Assembly: GCF_001194135.2 (NCBI RefSeq)
Contig: NC_068989.1
Location: forward strand, 33,163,875-33,227,874
Source: Octopus bimaculoides
Lineage: Eukaryota
DNA length: 64,000 nucleotides
Direction: 5' to 3'
The notes under the pieces are model-generated. The model was not told where the DNA came from. It worked only from the letters and a program-made list of their open reading frames with translations, and did not search any database. A program made the translations under genes and the position numbers. Shown in pieces: positions 40,941 through 53,296 of this stretch (its first letter is position 1; each line of letters opens with the position of its first letter).

Positions 40941-41159
40941 TGTCAAGTTAGATGTAGAGGTGGTACGGTGCTCATGCAACTCAGTGACCACTTTTTTGCA
41001 GGCTATGATCAAGGTGAAAGGTGGTCATTTTGAAATGTAATTACTGCAATGGATTGACAATTTACATTAGAACATGTATGCCATATTTCATTATCCTACC
41101 TTAAGTTTATTTTGAATAATTAAGAATTATCAATGGGTAAATCTTTCTGGGACACCCTG

Positions 41160-41390
41160 TATATGTGTGTATGCGTGTGCAGGCCTTTGTGTTTATGCTG
41201 TCCTCCACCACCACTTAACAACCTGTGTATGTCCCCTGTAACTTAGCAGTTTGGTGAAAGAGACTGACAGAATAAGTGCCAGGCCTAAAAAAATAAGTAC
41301 TAGTGTTGATCCGCTCAACTAAAATTCTTCAAGGCAGTGCCCCAGCATGGCTGCAGTATAGTGACTGAAAGAAGTAAAAGATAAAAGCAA
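41160..41390 (+). mobile_element. SINE 3' half
   Basis: Matches the 3' half of the SINE at 52795-53202 (cttagcagt..gtaaaagataaaa). Confidence 0.7.
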
Positions 41391-41687
41391 ATCTCACAAT
41401 ATTATATAATTCAAGATAGCAAGGGAATATGAACCAAAGCTGGAACTTTTATATAACTCTTTCAGCTATTCAATATAACAGCTAAATTTCTCTTGTGAAT
41501 TTTTACCAACTTTACAATTGAGACACTGATTTTTAAGTCCTGATTCTGAGCACATCAGGACATAAAAATGTGGTACCATATTAAGAACACTAATCAAACA
41601 ATGAAGTTCAACAAAACTGCTATACCCACAGGTTTGTTCATCAAATAAAGGTGGCTAGATTTACTCAACAACAAATGGCAAGAACTA

Positions 41688-41855
<168 letters not shown>

Positions 41856-43541
41856 TTACATAAAAAGTCATAGTGTTATATTTTTCATCAGATTAACAGT
41901 GAAATAGATTAATGCTAATACATTTCCTTAAAGATTCAATAGGAAAAACAAATAGCTTTAAAGTCATTAACACTTATAATAATTTTTGATGATTGATATA
42001 AAAAGAAAGAGGAAATAATGAAGCTAAGAAAAAAATGCAACTTCCTTTCTGAGAACAAATACCAATATGGCAGTTAGGTTTTTCCAGTTTGAATGCCAGA
42101 CATGCAAAACAGGGTTTGTTTATATTTTTCAAATGTAATTCTTTCAAAATAGCTTAAAACTAATATATATGCTATTTATGTTTACATTAAATAGTGTCAA
42201 AGATCTAAGACTGAATATTAAATTGTACTTAACGTTTATTCCATTCGTGATGAACACAGTTTCATCAGATTTGGCCATTTACAAGTTTCTTGTACAGAAA
42301 GATGCCTTTTCAGTTAAGAACTAAGAAGTAGAAGCGATTTTTTTTTCTCAACAAGACAAACTGAGATAAACAGTTATGTGCTTTTCCTAGGGGTACAATA
42401 CGACAACTGTAACCATGAAGCCAGTAGTCTTACACCTTAACCTCACAACCACTAAGAAAAATGTTATATGCAACACTATCTAATATATATACAGTAGTAT
42501 GAGAGGCTCAATAAGATATCTGATAATTTTTTCTTGTCACATAAGCTGGTAACAAGACACTTTAAACCTTATGGTATTTAACTCATGTTGGATCAGTTTA
42601 TTTAAATATATAAAAATACTACAGAGATGATTATAACAGTGAAAGAATAATAAATATTTTATCAGTTTATAATGAATGCCAAGTTCAAATGCTCTTATTA
42701 ATTATCAGAAAAAAAAATGGTAATGCCAAGAGCATGATTATTCAAGATAAAGTGTAAATGTTATGGGAATGATAAAACACACTTTTATCATAATAATAGT
42801 AATAATGTAAATCAATAATAGTAATAATGTAAAAATGATGTTGATTATTTATCTAATAATAAAGATGTTTAACTTTGTTTAATTTTGTGTGATGACCGCC
42901 AAATGAAATGACTCTAGTAGGATTTGAATATTGACACATGATTGCAAATTTGTAATAGCTAATAAGAATCACATTCAATCAACAATAAACCTTCTTAAAA
43001 ATGCATACAGATGTTAATTGTGAACTTAGGTTTCTACCTATCTCATGGAATATATACTTAGTTTAAAATATAAAGGAGTTAAACTGAAGATGAATTGGAA
43101 CAGTATTAATTCTGCCAAAACATACAAGGGGAATAGGCAAGTTTGCCATTTATGTACATATGAAGCACTGTAAATCATTTGTTAAATATGTGAAGAGAAA
43201 TAATTAATTGTAAAGCACAACTCATAATGAGGACATACATTAATATACTTGCTATTCCTTATTTCTTTCTTCTCCTCCTTTTCTTATTTTGATTGCAACA
43301 ATCAAGAATGGAATGACTTTAAGTGAATCATGCATGCAAAGGATGGAAAATTGTATGGATCAATAACCAATGTTTCCTTTCATTACAGGTTACAAATCAA
43401 TGACTAATACCAAAATATTTTTATAAGTGAACTTCTCTACAGTTAAATTCAAACCAGAACTATCTCTTTGAAGCTTATTGTGTTCTTTAAAACACTACAT
43501 CTATAAAGGAATCTTTTTTCCAGATGACCACTGCTGCCTCT

Positions 43542-43591
43542 GTTTACGCATATGGCATATTTAACATGTTAAATATGCCATATGCATAAAC
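43542..43591. repeat. Near-perfect 50-bp palindrome (perfect 38-bp core, no loop)
   Basis: gcatatggcatatttaaca|tgttaaatatgccatatgc at 43548-43585, extended by gtttac/ataaac with one mismatch. Confidence 0.95.
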
Positions 43592-44004
43592 ATTTAAATC
43601 TAGAGCTGTTTCTATTACATAATTTGATTTTATTCAGCCTAGCAATCTCTTTGCTAGGCCAATGCATTGTTTATTCAACATTTCTCTATATTTCAGACTG
43701 ACTGAGGAGACTTTGTGTTGGAAGTGCATAACATTGACAAGTGGAAAAAATGGTGAAATCCACTTTCACAGTTGCTTCCAGGATGATTTTTTGCTTTGTC
43801 TACCTCTGATGTACATTGTGTTTTTAACACAGTGTCTTTAAAGGAATCTTTCATGAGATGCCCACTGCAGCCTCTAACTTTTCAGTTACATACATACATT
43901 AGTATGTCATATAGATAAAAATTTTTATCTAGAGTTCTATTGTACAATTTGAATATATACATATGCATGCATGCACACACACACACTTTTCCAACATATA
44001 TTCT

Positions 44005-44220
44005 TTTCTACTCTAGGCACAAGACCTGAAATTTTGGGGGAGGGGGGGCCAGTTGATTAGATCAACCCCAGAATGCAACTGGTACTTAATTTATTGACCC
44101 CAAAAGGATGAAAGGCAAAGTCGACCTCAGCGGAGTTTGAACTCAGAGCGTATAGTCAGATGAAATACTGCTAAGCATTTCACCTGGTGTGCTAACATTT
44201 CTGCCAGCTCGCTGCCTTAC
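44005..44220 (-). mobile_element. SINE; related copies near 17090, 31080-31260 and 36080-36270
   Basis: Shared core aaaggatgaaaggcaaagtcgacctcagcggagtttgaactcaga. Confidence 0.7.
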
Positions 44221-44407
44221 TTATCCAACATATACTGATCTACAATTTTACAAGCTGAACATCAACTACATTAATTTCAGTATCTTGTGAGGGCCTCCAA
44301 ACTTATAGGCCCCCACCATTTCTTCTGATTATCTTATAAAAAGAAATAACAGAAAACTTTATAAAGATCTAGTGCAAAAAAAAATATCTAATGGGAAGGA
44401 CTCTTGT

Positions 44408-45380
44408 ATTACATGGAAAAATGCGAGCAAGAGAAATAATATTCTTAAATTTATAAACCTGGAAAAGTACAGGACAAAAATACAGAACAAGAAAATTTCT
44501 ACTTTAAAACATTGCAGCTAAGGATAAAATTTCAAATAAAATATTTAGATTTAGAAAATATTAGCTTTTATTAAAACTAAAAATTTTATTACAAGTTATT
44601 ACTTCAGTTCTATATTTAAGAGATGAGGAATTATGTATATTATTTACATTCGACGGATATTTGTCCTCATCTTGTTTGTTCTTAAAGGCTGGAGGGTATA
44701 TCAGCCGAAACATTGTATTAACAACAAACAAGATGAGGACAAATATCCGTCGAATATAAATAATGTAAGTTATTACTTCTATTTGTTATTACTTGTTACT
44801 TCTATTAAAAATAATAAATAATTCAATAGAAATATTTTTTTAATTATTAATTAGAATATTAATTTAATTAATAATTAGAAAGTTGAAAATAGGTTATAAA
44901 AAATAATAGTAGTACATAATTAGTTAGTACAATAAATTAGTTATATATTACAGTAAAATCTACCTATAACAACAAATTCACAGTAAAATTTGCTTCAGTT
45001 ATTGCCTAAGTCTTCACATTTTTTCACATTTTTACATAATGAATTTGCCTACCATATATACTATTTACTTTGCATAAAACTTTAGTTATATTGGTACTTT
45101 TGGATCTCATTTTTTGAGTATTCTAGTGTGTCGATATTTTACCAAAATGATCGTACCTTTTTTAATTATACTGTTACGTTGTAAATTGAAGTCAAATGAT
45201 TTTTAATATTCAAATTTTATCCTTAGCTGCAATATTTGAAGTAAAAATTTTCTTATTCTGTATTTTACCAGATGTAATAAGTTGTCCTTAACTTTTCCAA
45301 GTTTAATAACTTATCCTGTACTTTTCCAGGTTTATAAGTTTAAGAATATTATTTCTCTTGCTTACATTTTTCCATGTAAT
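44408..45380. mobile_element. Foldback/MITE-like element with long terminal inverted repeats
   Basis: 44408-44560 is the inverted counterpart of about 45205-45380 (attacatggaaaaatg..gcaagagaaataatattcttaaa..aaacctggaaaagtacagga); no TSD identified. Confidence 0.65.
44606..44766. mobile_element. Second palindromic hammerhead-derived insert, with 13-bp TSD
   Basis: Inverted arms cattcgacggatatttgtcctcatcttgtttgtt / aacaaacaagatgaggacaaatatccgtcgaat; GGCTG..CAGCC-GAAAC retained; TSD AAGTTATTACTTC at 44593-44605 and 44767-44779. Confidence 0.75.
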
Positions 45381-45516
45381 CCATGTTTTTTCCAAGCTAT
45401 GCTATTATGCTAATTAATAATATGTCAATTTTTTCTTCTATATTTAATTTGAGCTTCAGCATGTTTTTTTTTCTTCATTTCTTCTTCGTCCAATTGATTA
45501 CCTCCCCCCCCCACCT

Positions 45517-45895
45517 TATTATTATTATTATTATTATTTTTTTATGTTTGACTTTTGCTTTGCATTTGTACAAGTTGGATTCAAGTCTCACCCAGAGACC
45601 TCAAAAGACAACAAGTTAGAAGTTCATGTAGGTGTTATGCCTAGGGTACCATATATTTGGATTTGTACATAGTGTTGTTCTAGAGAATGTTTAAGAAACC
45701 ATAAGAAAATTGTGTGTTTGTTTTAAAATTTGAGATCACATAGACACAATTTTACGTAGGATATGGGCAGTTCCCATGAGCACTATCTTTTGAACTTCAG
45801 CCATTTTAGGGTTTCCTGGTATCTGAGCTAGGTAGTAATCAGCCCGTTTCGCTGTCATTCCCAGGGCACCTATGACAATAGGTATTGTTTTAGTC

Positions 45896-45897
<2 letters not shown>
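45517..45897 (-). mobile_element. 3' end of a restriction-like-endonuclease LINE (R4/Dong-like)
   Basis: IPIVIGALG..VQKIVLMGTAHILRKIVSM* followed by a short UTR and a (TAA)n tail. Confidence 0.75.
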
Positions 45898-45926
<29 letters not shown>

Positions 45927-46059
45927 CCTTTTTATTAATCCCAGGCCCCGGATTCAATTCTACCCCACCAATAATGAGTAACAGCAAAATTAAAGCATGC
46001 AAGCAGTATTTATTATAAAAAAACTGAGTGCTTGTTTTGTGTTAATATATAATTATTAT

Positions 46060-47061
46060 GTAGTGAAACCTCTCTCTCGGGTATTTATTTACGAATGATA
46101 ACGTAGCGGCTAACATCTAGCCTTCAGCTGTTTGGACCGCTGTGTCCATCACCCTGATTGGCTCTTATTTGCGCGGCATTTGTCAACAGTTCTGTTTCGC
46201 GCCAGGGTGCATATCAACCAATCGTGGCCTTCAGTTAAGGTCACGTGAGAGAGTGTTTTCCTGCTGTTTGTGGAGCCCCTGTTTTATCTATAAATAGCCC
46301 TGCTTCATCCACGCCAGTTTGTCTTTGATTTCAGACCTCTCACAGGTCTGGTCATTTGACCACACACCAACCAGCCAGTTTCCAGTGACGACGTCAACAC
46401 CACCAATCTACTGTCTTCTACAGTTCCGTCGCAAGCGCCAACACCACCACCAGAGTACACGTACCAACAGCAACCGCGGTTCCATCTCAACACTGTTTGT
46501 GTGGATTGTTTCCACCTCGAAAATAACAGCCAGAACAACCTGTGAGAATCTTCTGTACTAAGTAACCGGTCGCAGCATCAACGCTCAACTTCACACACAT
46601 GTGACACCTCAGCTCTGCTTTTTGGCCACGACCTCTTGTGTACGGACATTCTACCTACTGCATAACTCTTCTATGAACTGGTACTTTCTTATCTTTGTGT
46701 TCAAGACTCTTATAGTCTATGTTACAGACACTTATTCCATGCTCTGTATTTCTCATTCACACACAAACACATATTATGTATACCTACTATTGTTCATACA
46801 ACAGCCTGTCTTATGTATTGTATTACTTATATTGCCGCATGCACGCACACACAAACACACAGTTGACTACCCTAATAAAACCTACTCTTTATATATCTAA
46901 TGGTTGTCTCTCTCTCGTTCCTTGCTGGCACTTGCTTGCATCTCACATGCGAGCCCTCTTATGTTAAATTACATGTTTTGTGTCGACCGTGTGACACGTT
47001 AAAAGGAGCCTGTTTCCACACGTTGCCATTCTCCTTTGGTTCGCACGGTCGTTCTACTACA
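46060..47061 (+). mobile_element. Solo LTR, about 1.0 kb, CpG-rich
   Basis: TGTAGT..ACTACA termini; ATTA flanks on both sides (46056-46059 and 47062-47065); TATAAATAG at 46289; AATAAA at 46874; no coding sequence. Confidence 0.8.
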
Positions 47062-47244
47062 ATTATATTGAAACAAATTACAACAAAAAAATAAACGTGC
47101 AAAAAAAAATGTGATAATTCATCTTAAAAATATACTCTTAATAAAAATTAATCAAGAAACTAATTCTAATATAAAGAATATTTTCAAGATAAAAAAAAAC
47201 TTTTTATAAATTGCAGAAGAAATCGTACTATGAGCTATATAGTA

Positions 47245-47607
47245 AGAAGCCTAGTTGTGGCACTCCATCGGTTATGACAACAAAGGTTCCATTTGATCCG
47301 ATCAACGGAACAACCTGCTTATGAAATTAATGTGCAACTGGCTGAGCATTCCACAGACACTTGTATCCTTAATGTAATTCTCAGGGAGATTCAGCGTGAC
47401 ACAGAGTGTGACAAGGCTGGGGAGAAAGAAAGTTGTGGTGAAAGTGTACAGTGGGGTTCGCCACCCCCACCCACCCCTGCTGGAGCCACCAGGAGCTTTA
47501 GGTGTTTTCACTCAATAAACACTCACAATGCCCTGTCTGGGAACTGAAACCGTGATCCTACAACTGTGAGTCCACTGCCCTAACCACTGGGCCATTGTGC
47601 CTCCAAC
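47245..47607 (-). mobile_element. tRNA-derived SINE
   Basis: Minus-strand head GGAGGCACAATGGCCCAGTGGTTAGGGCAGTGGACTCAC..GGTTTCAGTTCCC with A- and B-box remnants. Confidence 0.75.
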
Positions 47608-48909
47608 AACAAGCCTAGTAAGAAGGGAGACAAAAAATGAAAAATTGAGCAATTAACTGGCAACTGATTAAAATACGAATGTAGATTGTCAATGAAATTA
47701 TGAATGTGAATGATTTATGTGTGTGTAAATTTTATTTTTTAATTGAAATACAAAAACAATATAAAAATATTTAATATAATTAGACGAAAACTATGAAATT
47801 CCTTGCAGTGTCATTGATAATTTTTTTCCTTACCTCAATGATGCTGGTGGCATATATAAAAAGTCCACTTAGAATAAAAAAGTATGGAATAATATTATCA
47901 CCCTCAAATTAGAGAAACAAATACTAATAACTTTTTCTTTTAGAACTTCATTGCATGAGATTGATACCATGAAATTCCTCGAATTGAGCTCTACCATTTA
48001 AGCTTAATTAAAATATCGGTTGTTTTTAAAATATAAAAGTTATTTATACTTGAATCCAATTTTTTTGCCTTACTTATATTTTTTTCGTGATATTTTACAT
48101 CACAACTTTTTTTATACAAATTTTTGTTGTAGGGGACAAAAACTATGAAAATCTTCATGCTTTCTTTTATCATTAAAGCTAAGATAAATATATTTTTCTT
48201 TTAAAATAAAAAGATATTTAGATCTAAACTTGACTAGTGGCGTTACTTACTCTCCTATAATGTTGCTACAAATTTTGACATAAACCTTTTTCAGCTTGAC
48301 CAAATCTCAATTTTTTTAATGCCAAAATGTAGCTAGGGACCAGTCCTCTTCAAAAATGTTAAAATTACAGCCTTAAGAATATTATTCAACTACTACCATA
48401 GTAGAATGATTAGTTGAACAGGAGCTGAATGTTTAAATACTATGCTAAACTACTGACAACCATTGAAAAATGAAAGACAAAACCTGGTAACAAAAAATAA
48501 AATTAACATAGGACCCAAGTTTACTAATTGTAATTTACTACTAAATTTAACTAAATAATCATAACAAGCATAATTTGTTTCTCCCTAAGTTCAAGGCAAA
48601 TTTTTCTGAAAAGTAAGGTATAAACTGCTTTTACTTAGTTTATCAAGAACTTTGGATTAATACAAAACATATTATTAAACAAATAAGGATACATCTAATA
48701 TACTCCTTTTATTTTGTTATATAATTTAAAGAAATATTTAATCTGGAATGTATTTTGTATTATTAGAAAATATATCGAGAAAATATTGTTTCTACGTAAC
48801 TAATGTGTGTAAACATACCATGAAGTATATAATATGCTAAATAGAGCCTTACCTGCATACTAAAAAAAAAGAAGTAATAATTAAATAAGTAATAATTGTT
48901 GAAGGATAT

Positions 48910-49028
48910 GAAAACCGATCATTCCATATTGACCTGGCAACTTGTCCACAGGTTATCACTCCACGTACTGTCTCTAACAGGATTTGCCAGGTAGCATTAA
49001 AGTCAACCTTCCTTGGCTTCAGTGACAT
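48910..49028 (-). CDS. CUL2: Cullin-2, first coding exon (119 nt coding; exon starts at acceptor 49044 with 16 nt of 5' UTR)
   Basis: Translates MSLKPRKVDFNATWQILLETVRGVITCGQVARSIWNDRF(S), matching the CUL2 N-terminus as I recall it (human ..LKPRVVDFDETWNKLL..TWNDRFS). Polypyrimidine tract plus CAG acceptor at 49047-49045; ends at the non-canonical donor ATATCCTT. Confidence 0.95.
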
Positions 49029-49369
49029 CCTGATGTATTTATAACTGAAGATAAAAAGAAAAAACAAAGCTTCAATTATAACTATAAAGACATCATTAAA
49101 AATGAGGAATTTATATGAAATTCAACAGATGTTGGTGAGTCAACTTCACAACCAGTTTTCAATTACAAACACTAAAATAAGTTTTGTTGTTAATGCCCTA
49201 AACAAAAGTATGAATACAATGCATAATTATTTTCCTTTTAGTAAAGATACTGTGGACTACATAAATGGATGAGCAGAATCTTTAAAGCATTGAACAGTGT
49301 GCCTTGTATTTGTTTCAATTTTTTATGTTCTGAATTCAAATCCTTATCAATCCTTCCAAGATTCATAAG

Positions 49370-51020
49370 ATAAATTACTAGTCAAGAACAGGGATTGATA
49401 TGATCAACTAAACCACTCACCCAAATTTCTAGCTTTGTGCCTAAATAAGAAATTATTAGTAATATCATTAATCTTACTGTGATTCCACTGCATTTCTTTG
49501 TGTCCATAGCTTGCATTGGGTACACTGCTTGGAATTCCTGCCTGTACATTTCTTACATATACCCGCAGAAAGAGAGTCCTATCTATTTACTCGCATATTA
49601 GAACTTTCATCTTTGCAAAGTTAACTTTAAGATCCTTTGATTCCAGGTTTTGCTTCCTCATCTGGAATTTCTTTTCTAATTCTACTACAGATTCTACTTT
49701 AAGAACTAGTTCATCAATATAGAATAGGTAGTTCCCAAGGACATCTGGTCTTAAATTCTTATGCTATGGCTTGGAGGCCTATGATGAATAAGAGGAAACT
49801 GAGAACCAACCCTGGTGAACTCCTGCCAGCACACTACATTCATTATTCTACTTGTAGAGGACCCTGTACATGACTTTATGGCTCTCAAAAGCCATTCATC
49901 TACTTCTAACTTCCTCAGAGACTACCACATCACAGAACAAGGGACTCCGTCAAAGTCTTTCTCCAAGTCAATAAGTTTCAAGTACAAAGGTTTACTTTTA
50001 GCAAAATACTTTTCCTGCAGTTATCGTACAAGAGAGCACTAGTAGTACTTCTCACTGGTGCATGCCTGTGCATACACACTCATACACACACAAACCTGCA
50101 TCTCATCTGGTCTAACTCTGATCAAAATTAAGTGGCTTATAACTCACAAATATCTTTCATGACCTGGACCACTAATATGATACCTCTGCATCTAAGGCAT
50201 CTCCTTTACCCTTGTAATAGCTGACTAGAGCTGCTACACCAACCATTGGATAAGACACCTTCTTATACAACTTGATTAAATATATGGGTAACTAGGCCAT
50301 GTCCTCTCCACTAGATATTTTAAGCATCTCAGTAGTGATTCTTAATGGTCCAGGGGCTTTTCCTACCTTCATATCTTTCTTTGCTTTATCTATCAAACTG
50401 CTATCAACTAAGATCCCTTAGTTGAGTCCGCATTGAGAAAACCCTCTTTCTCCCAGGCATTCTTCATGTTTTATTGTAGCACTATCATACCTCTTTTTTT
50501 TCAAAATTACTAGGGGTAAGTGTACTATTATCCATCACCATACACTTCTCACCCACAACATCTTTATTCTGTCTGGTATACACTCTTACAATTCAGAACA
50601 TCTCACACTGTGATCCTTTATACTCCAAGACATTGGCAAATCTCATACTTTCTGCTTCTCCCTTTGCAATGTAAACCTGTTGCCTAGCCTCTCTTCTGAC
50701 TACCTGATACAATTCTCTGCTGCCACCATTTTTTTCAGTCTTTCTAAGCCTATATTTTACTTTTTTTTTAGCTCTGTCTGCATCACTGTTCCACCATGTT
50801 AATCTTCATCTGACCAGTACTTTGCACAAACCATAGATTTGGTCTGTAGCCCCGAGGACGTTGTCCCATAGGAATTTCCTGTTGTCCTCTATGCTAATGT
50901 CTCTAACTCCTTTTCATCAAATGCTTCCACTAGAATTTCTCTAAACTTCTGACTGTTTGATGGGTCTTTCCAGATTGATTTGTTTCTCTGGCTTGTGTTC
51001 CTACCAGATTCATAGATGAT
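49370..51020 (-). mobile_element. Older decayed RTE LINE fragment
   Basis: LFYIDELVLKVESVVELEKKFQMRKQNLESKDLKVN (YADD region); collinear with 39300-40940. Confidence 0.75.
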
Positions 51021-52249
51021 TAGGTGGCTGGGTGGTATCCTGAAGTTAGTATTGTAGATAAAGTCATTTGCATCACAGATGTAGTAGTAGATTAAAACAA
51101 GTTACTGACATTGCTCAACAAGGCAGTAAAGTACATCCACCTAGCCTAGCATTCTCATAAGGCCAGAACAATTTTCATCTACCTCCAAAATGTATTGTGT
51201 TTTTAAACACAGCACTTCTATAAGAGATATTATCTCCAGACAAATAGAGCAGTAAATCTACTTTTTGCGATGCATTTACATTATGATACACTGATGGCTA
51301 TTTTAATCTAAAACTTCTTTTAGTCAGTAATGTACAAAAATAAATTTAGATTTTTGTAGACATTCCAGGATTGCAGAATGTTTCTAAGTGGTCTCTGAGA
51401 ATGTTTCTATGTAGTCTCTCAGAAGGAATGGGGATGTCATGTGATTTAATAGCAGCAAATACTGTGTTATAACATGTAAAATTTATCAATTTTAGAATAC
51501 TGAACAAGGAAAGTAGCAAAAATAAAACCTGTAAACATTTTACCCTTCTTTCAAAATTTGTTTTCCATTTCCATTAACAGGAATTACTGTTTTATTAACA
51601 ATAAAAAAAATCTAAACAGCTTCTATAACAACTACAAGCACAGATTTACAAGACTTAGACCATATTATCAAGTGAAATGAGCATCACTCATATGAATGTA
51701 TAAACTGTTTTCAATTGATTCATAAAACCAGAAAATGGAAGAAACAAGCAAGAACAACAATGAACTTTAGCACAGGAAAGAAAAAGAAAGCAAAGAGAAT
51801 GGCAAATTTGATAAAAGTAAAATTATATTGTATGTATGCCATATTTCTTGACATTACACATCATGACAAAAGTATACATTCAAAGTTATACAACATATGA
51901 TAGGCAACAAACGTTCTAGTATATTATATATAAGACACATATACATATTTAATATATATACAAAGAGAATTATAGCCCAATTGATTAGGAACAGAATAAA
52001 AGTAGAAGAGATGTGATTTGGTTTTGCACCTGGGAAGGGTACCACAGATGTTACCTACCTAGTGAGACAGCTGTAGAAGTATCAGGAGAATAAGACTACA
52101 ATGAGTTCAGTTCTTCACTGAGCTATAAAAAGAGATGATATATTACAAAAATTTCAATTAATTTTGGATATACATGCTTATGCATGCATGTGTGTGTGTG
52201 TATAGATACACATAAACACATATAAATGTATGTATACATGTATACATCT

Positions 52250-52284
<35 letters not shown>

Positions 52285-52794
52285 AATAAAAGCAAAATTC
52301 TGTGTCTGTCTAAAAAAAAAAATTTGCTCTACATAGACATATTATAATTTTTTGAAATCAGGATGATACTGATATTGAAAATCTGTTCTTCATCTGGTTC
52401 TTGAATATCAATCATTAGGATCTGATTTAAAAGTATTTGAGTTGCTACTTCTAGCAGGTAAAGTGACCACGAGAGGCTTCAGCGCCATAGCATTATTGGC
52501 ATAGGTGAACAAGAGTTACTTCCCTTAGCTTAAAGTTTTACTGAGAAATTTGGTGCTTCTTTTATCTTTTTCAGTAATCAGACTGCAACCACACTGGGGC
52601 ATCACGTTGAAGAATTTTAATTGAACAAATCGACACCAGTTTTTTTTCTTTTTTTGTGCCTTGTTCTTTTTCTATTGGCCTCTTTTACTGAACTGCTAAG
52701 TTACGTGAACATAAACACACCAACACCAGTTATCAAGTGGTGGTAGGGAACAAACACAGACACAAAGCCACAATATATATATATAAATATATAT

Positions 52795-52957
52795 AGGCGC
52801 AGGAGTGGCTGGGTGGTAAGAAGCTTGCTTCCCAACCACATGGTTCCGAGTTCAGTTCCTTTGCATGGCACCTTGGGCAAGTGTCTTCTGCTATAGCCAT
52901 GGGCTGACCAAAGCCTTATGAGTGGATTTGGTAGGCAGAAACTGAAAGAAGCCCGTC

Positions 52958-53001
<44 letters not shown>

Positions 53002-53202
53002 ATGTGTCTCTTTTTCCCTCCACCATTTCTTGACACCCAATGTTGGTGTGTTTGCGTCCCCGTCACTAAGCAGTTCAGCAAAAAGACACCAATAGAATAA
53101 GTACTAGGATTACAAAGAATAAGTCCTGGGGTCGATTTGTTCAATTAAAGGCAGTGCTCCAGCATAGCTGCAGTCAAATGACTGAAACGAGTAAAAGAAT
53201 AT
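52795..53202 (+). mobile_element. Full-length tRNA-derived SINE with internal (TA)n
   Basis: AGGCGCAGGAGTGGCTGGGTGGTAAGAAG..GGTTCCGAGTTCAGTTCC head; GTAAAAGAATA tail. Confidence 0.8.
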
Positions 53203-53263
53203 NNNNNNNNNNNNNNNNNNNNNNNNNNNNNNNNNNNNNNNNNNNNNNNNNNNNNNNNNNNNN

Positions 53264-53264
53264 T

Positions 53265-53296
<32 letters not shown>

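Larger units (their letters stand above)
36642..41159 (+). mobile_element. Tc1/mariner element (DD37D-like) interrupted by CR1 and RTE insertions
   Basis: TIRs TA|CAGGATGTCCTAGAAAGATTTACCCAT and ATGGGTAAATCTTTCTGGGACACCCTG|TA; HTH region from 37275, IWSNEK, LMVWA, QNRAPAHTS; C-terminus KVKGGHFEM* resumes near 41010. Confidence 0.88.

Noticed and set aside
47540-47607. tRNA gene (also 36480-36545 and 52795-52860)
   Set aside because: A/B-box heads run into SINE bodies and no complete cloverleaf is evident.
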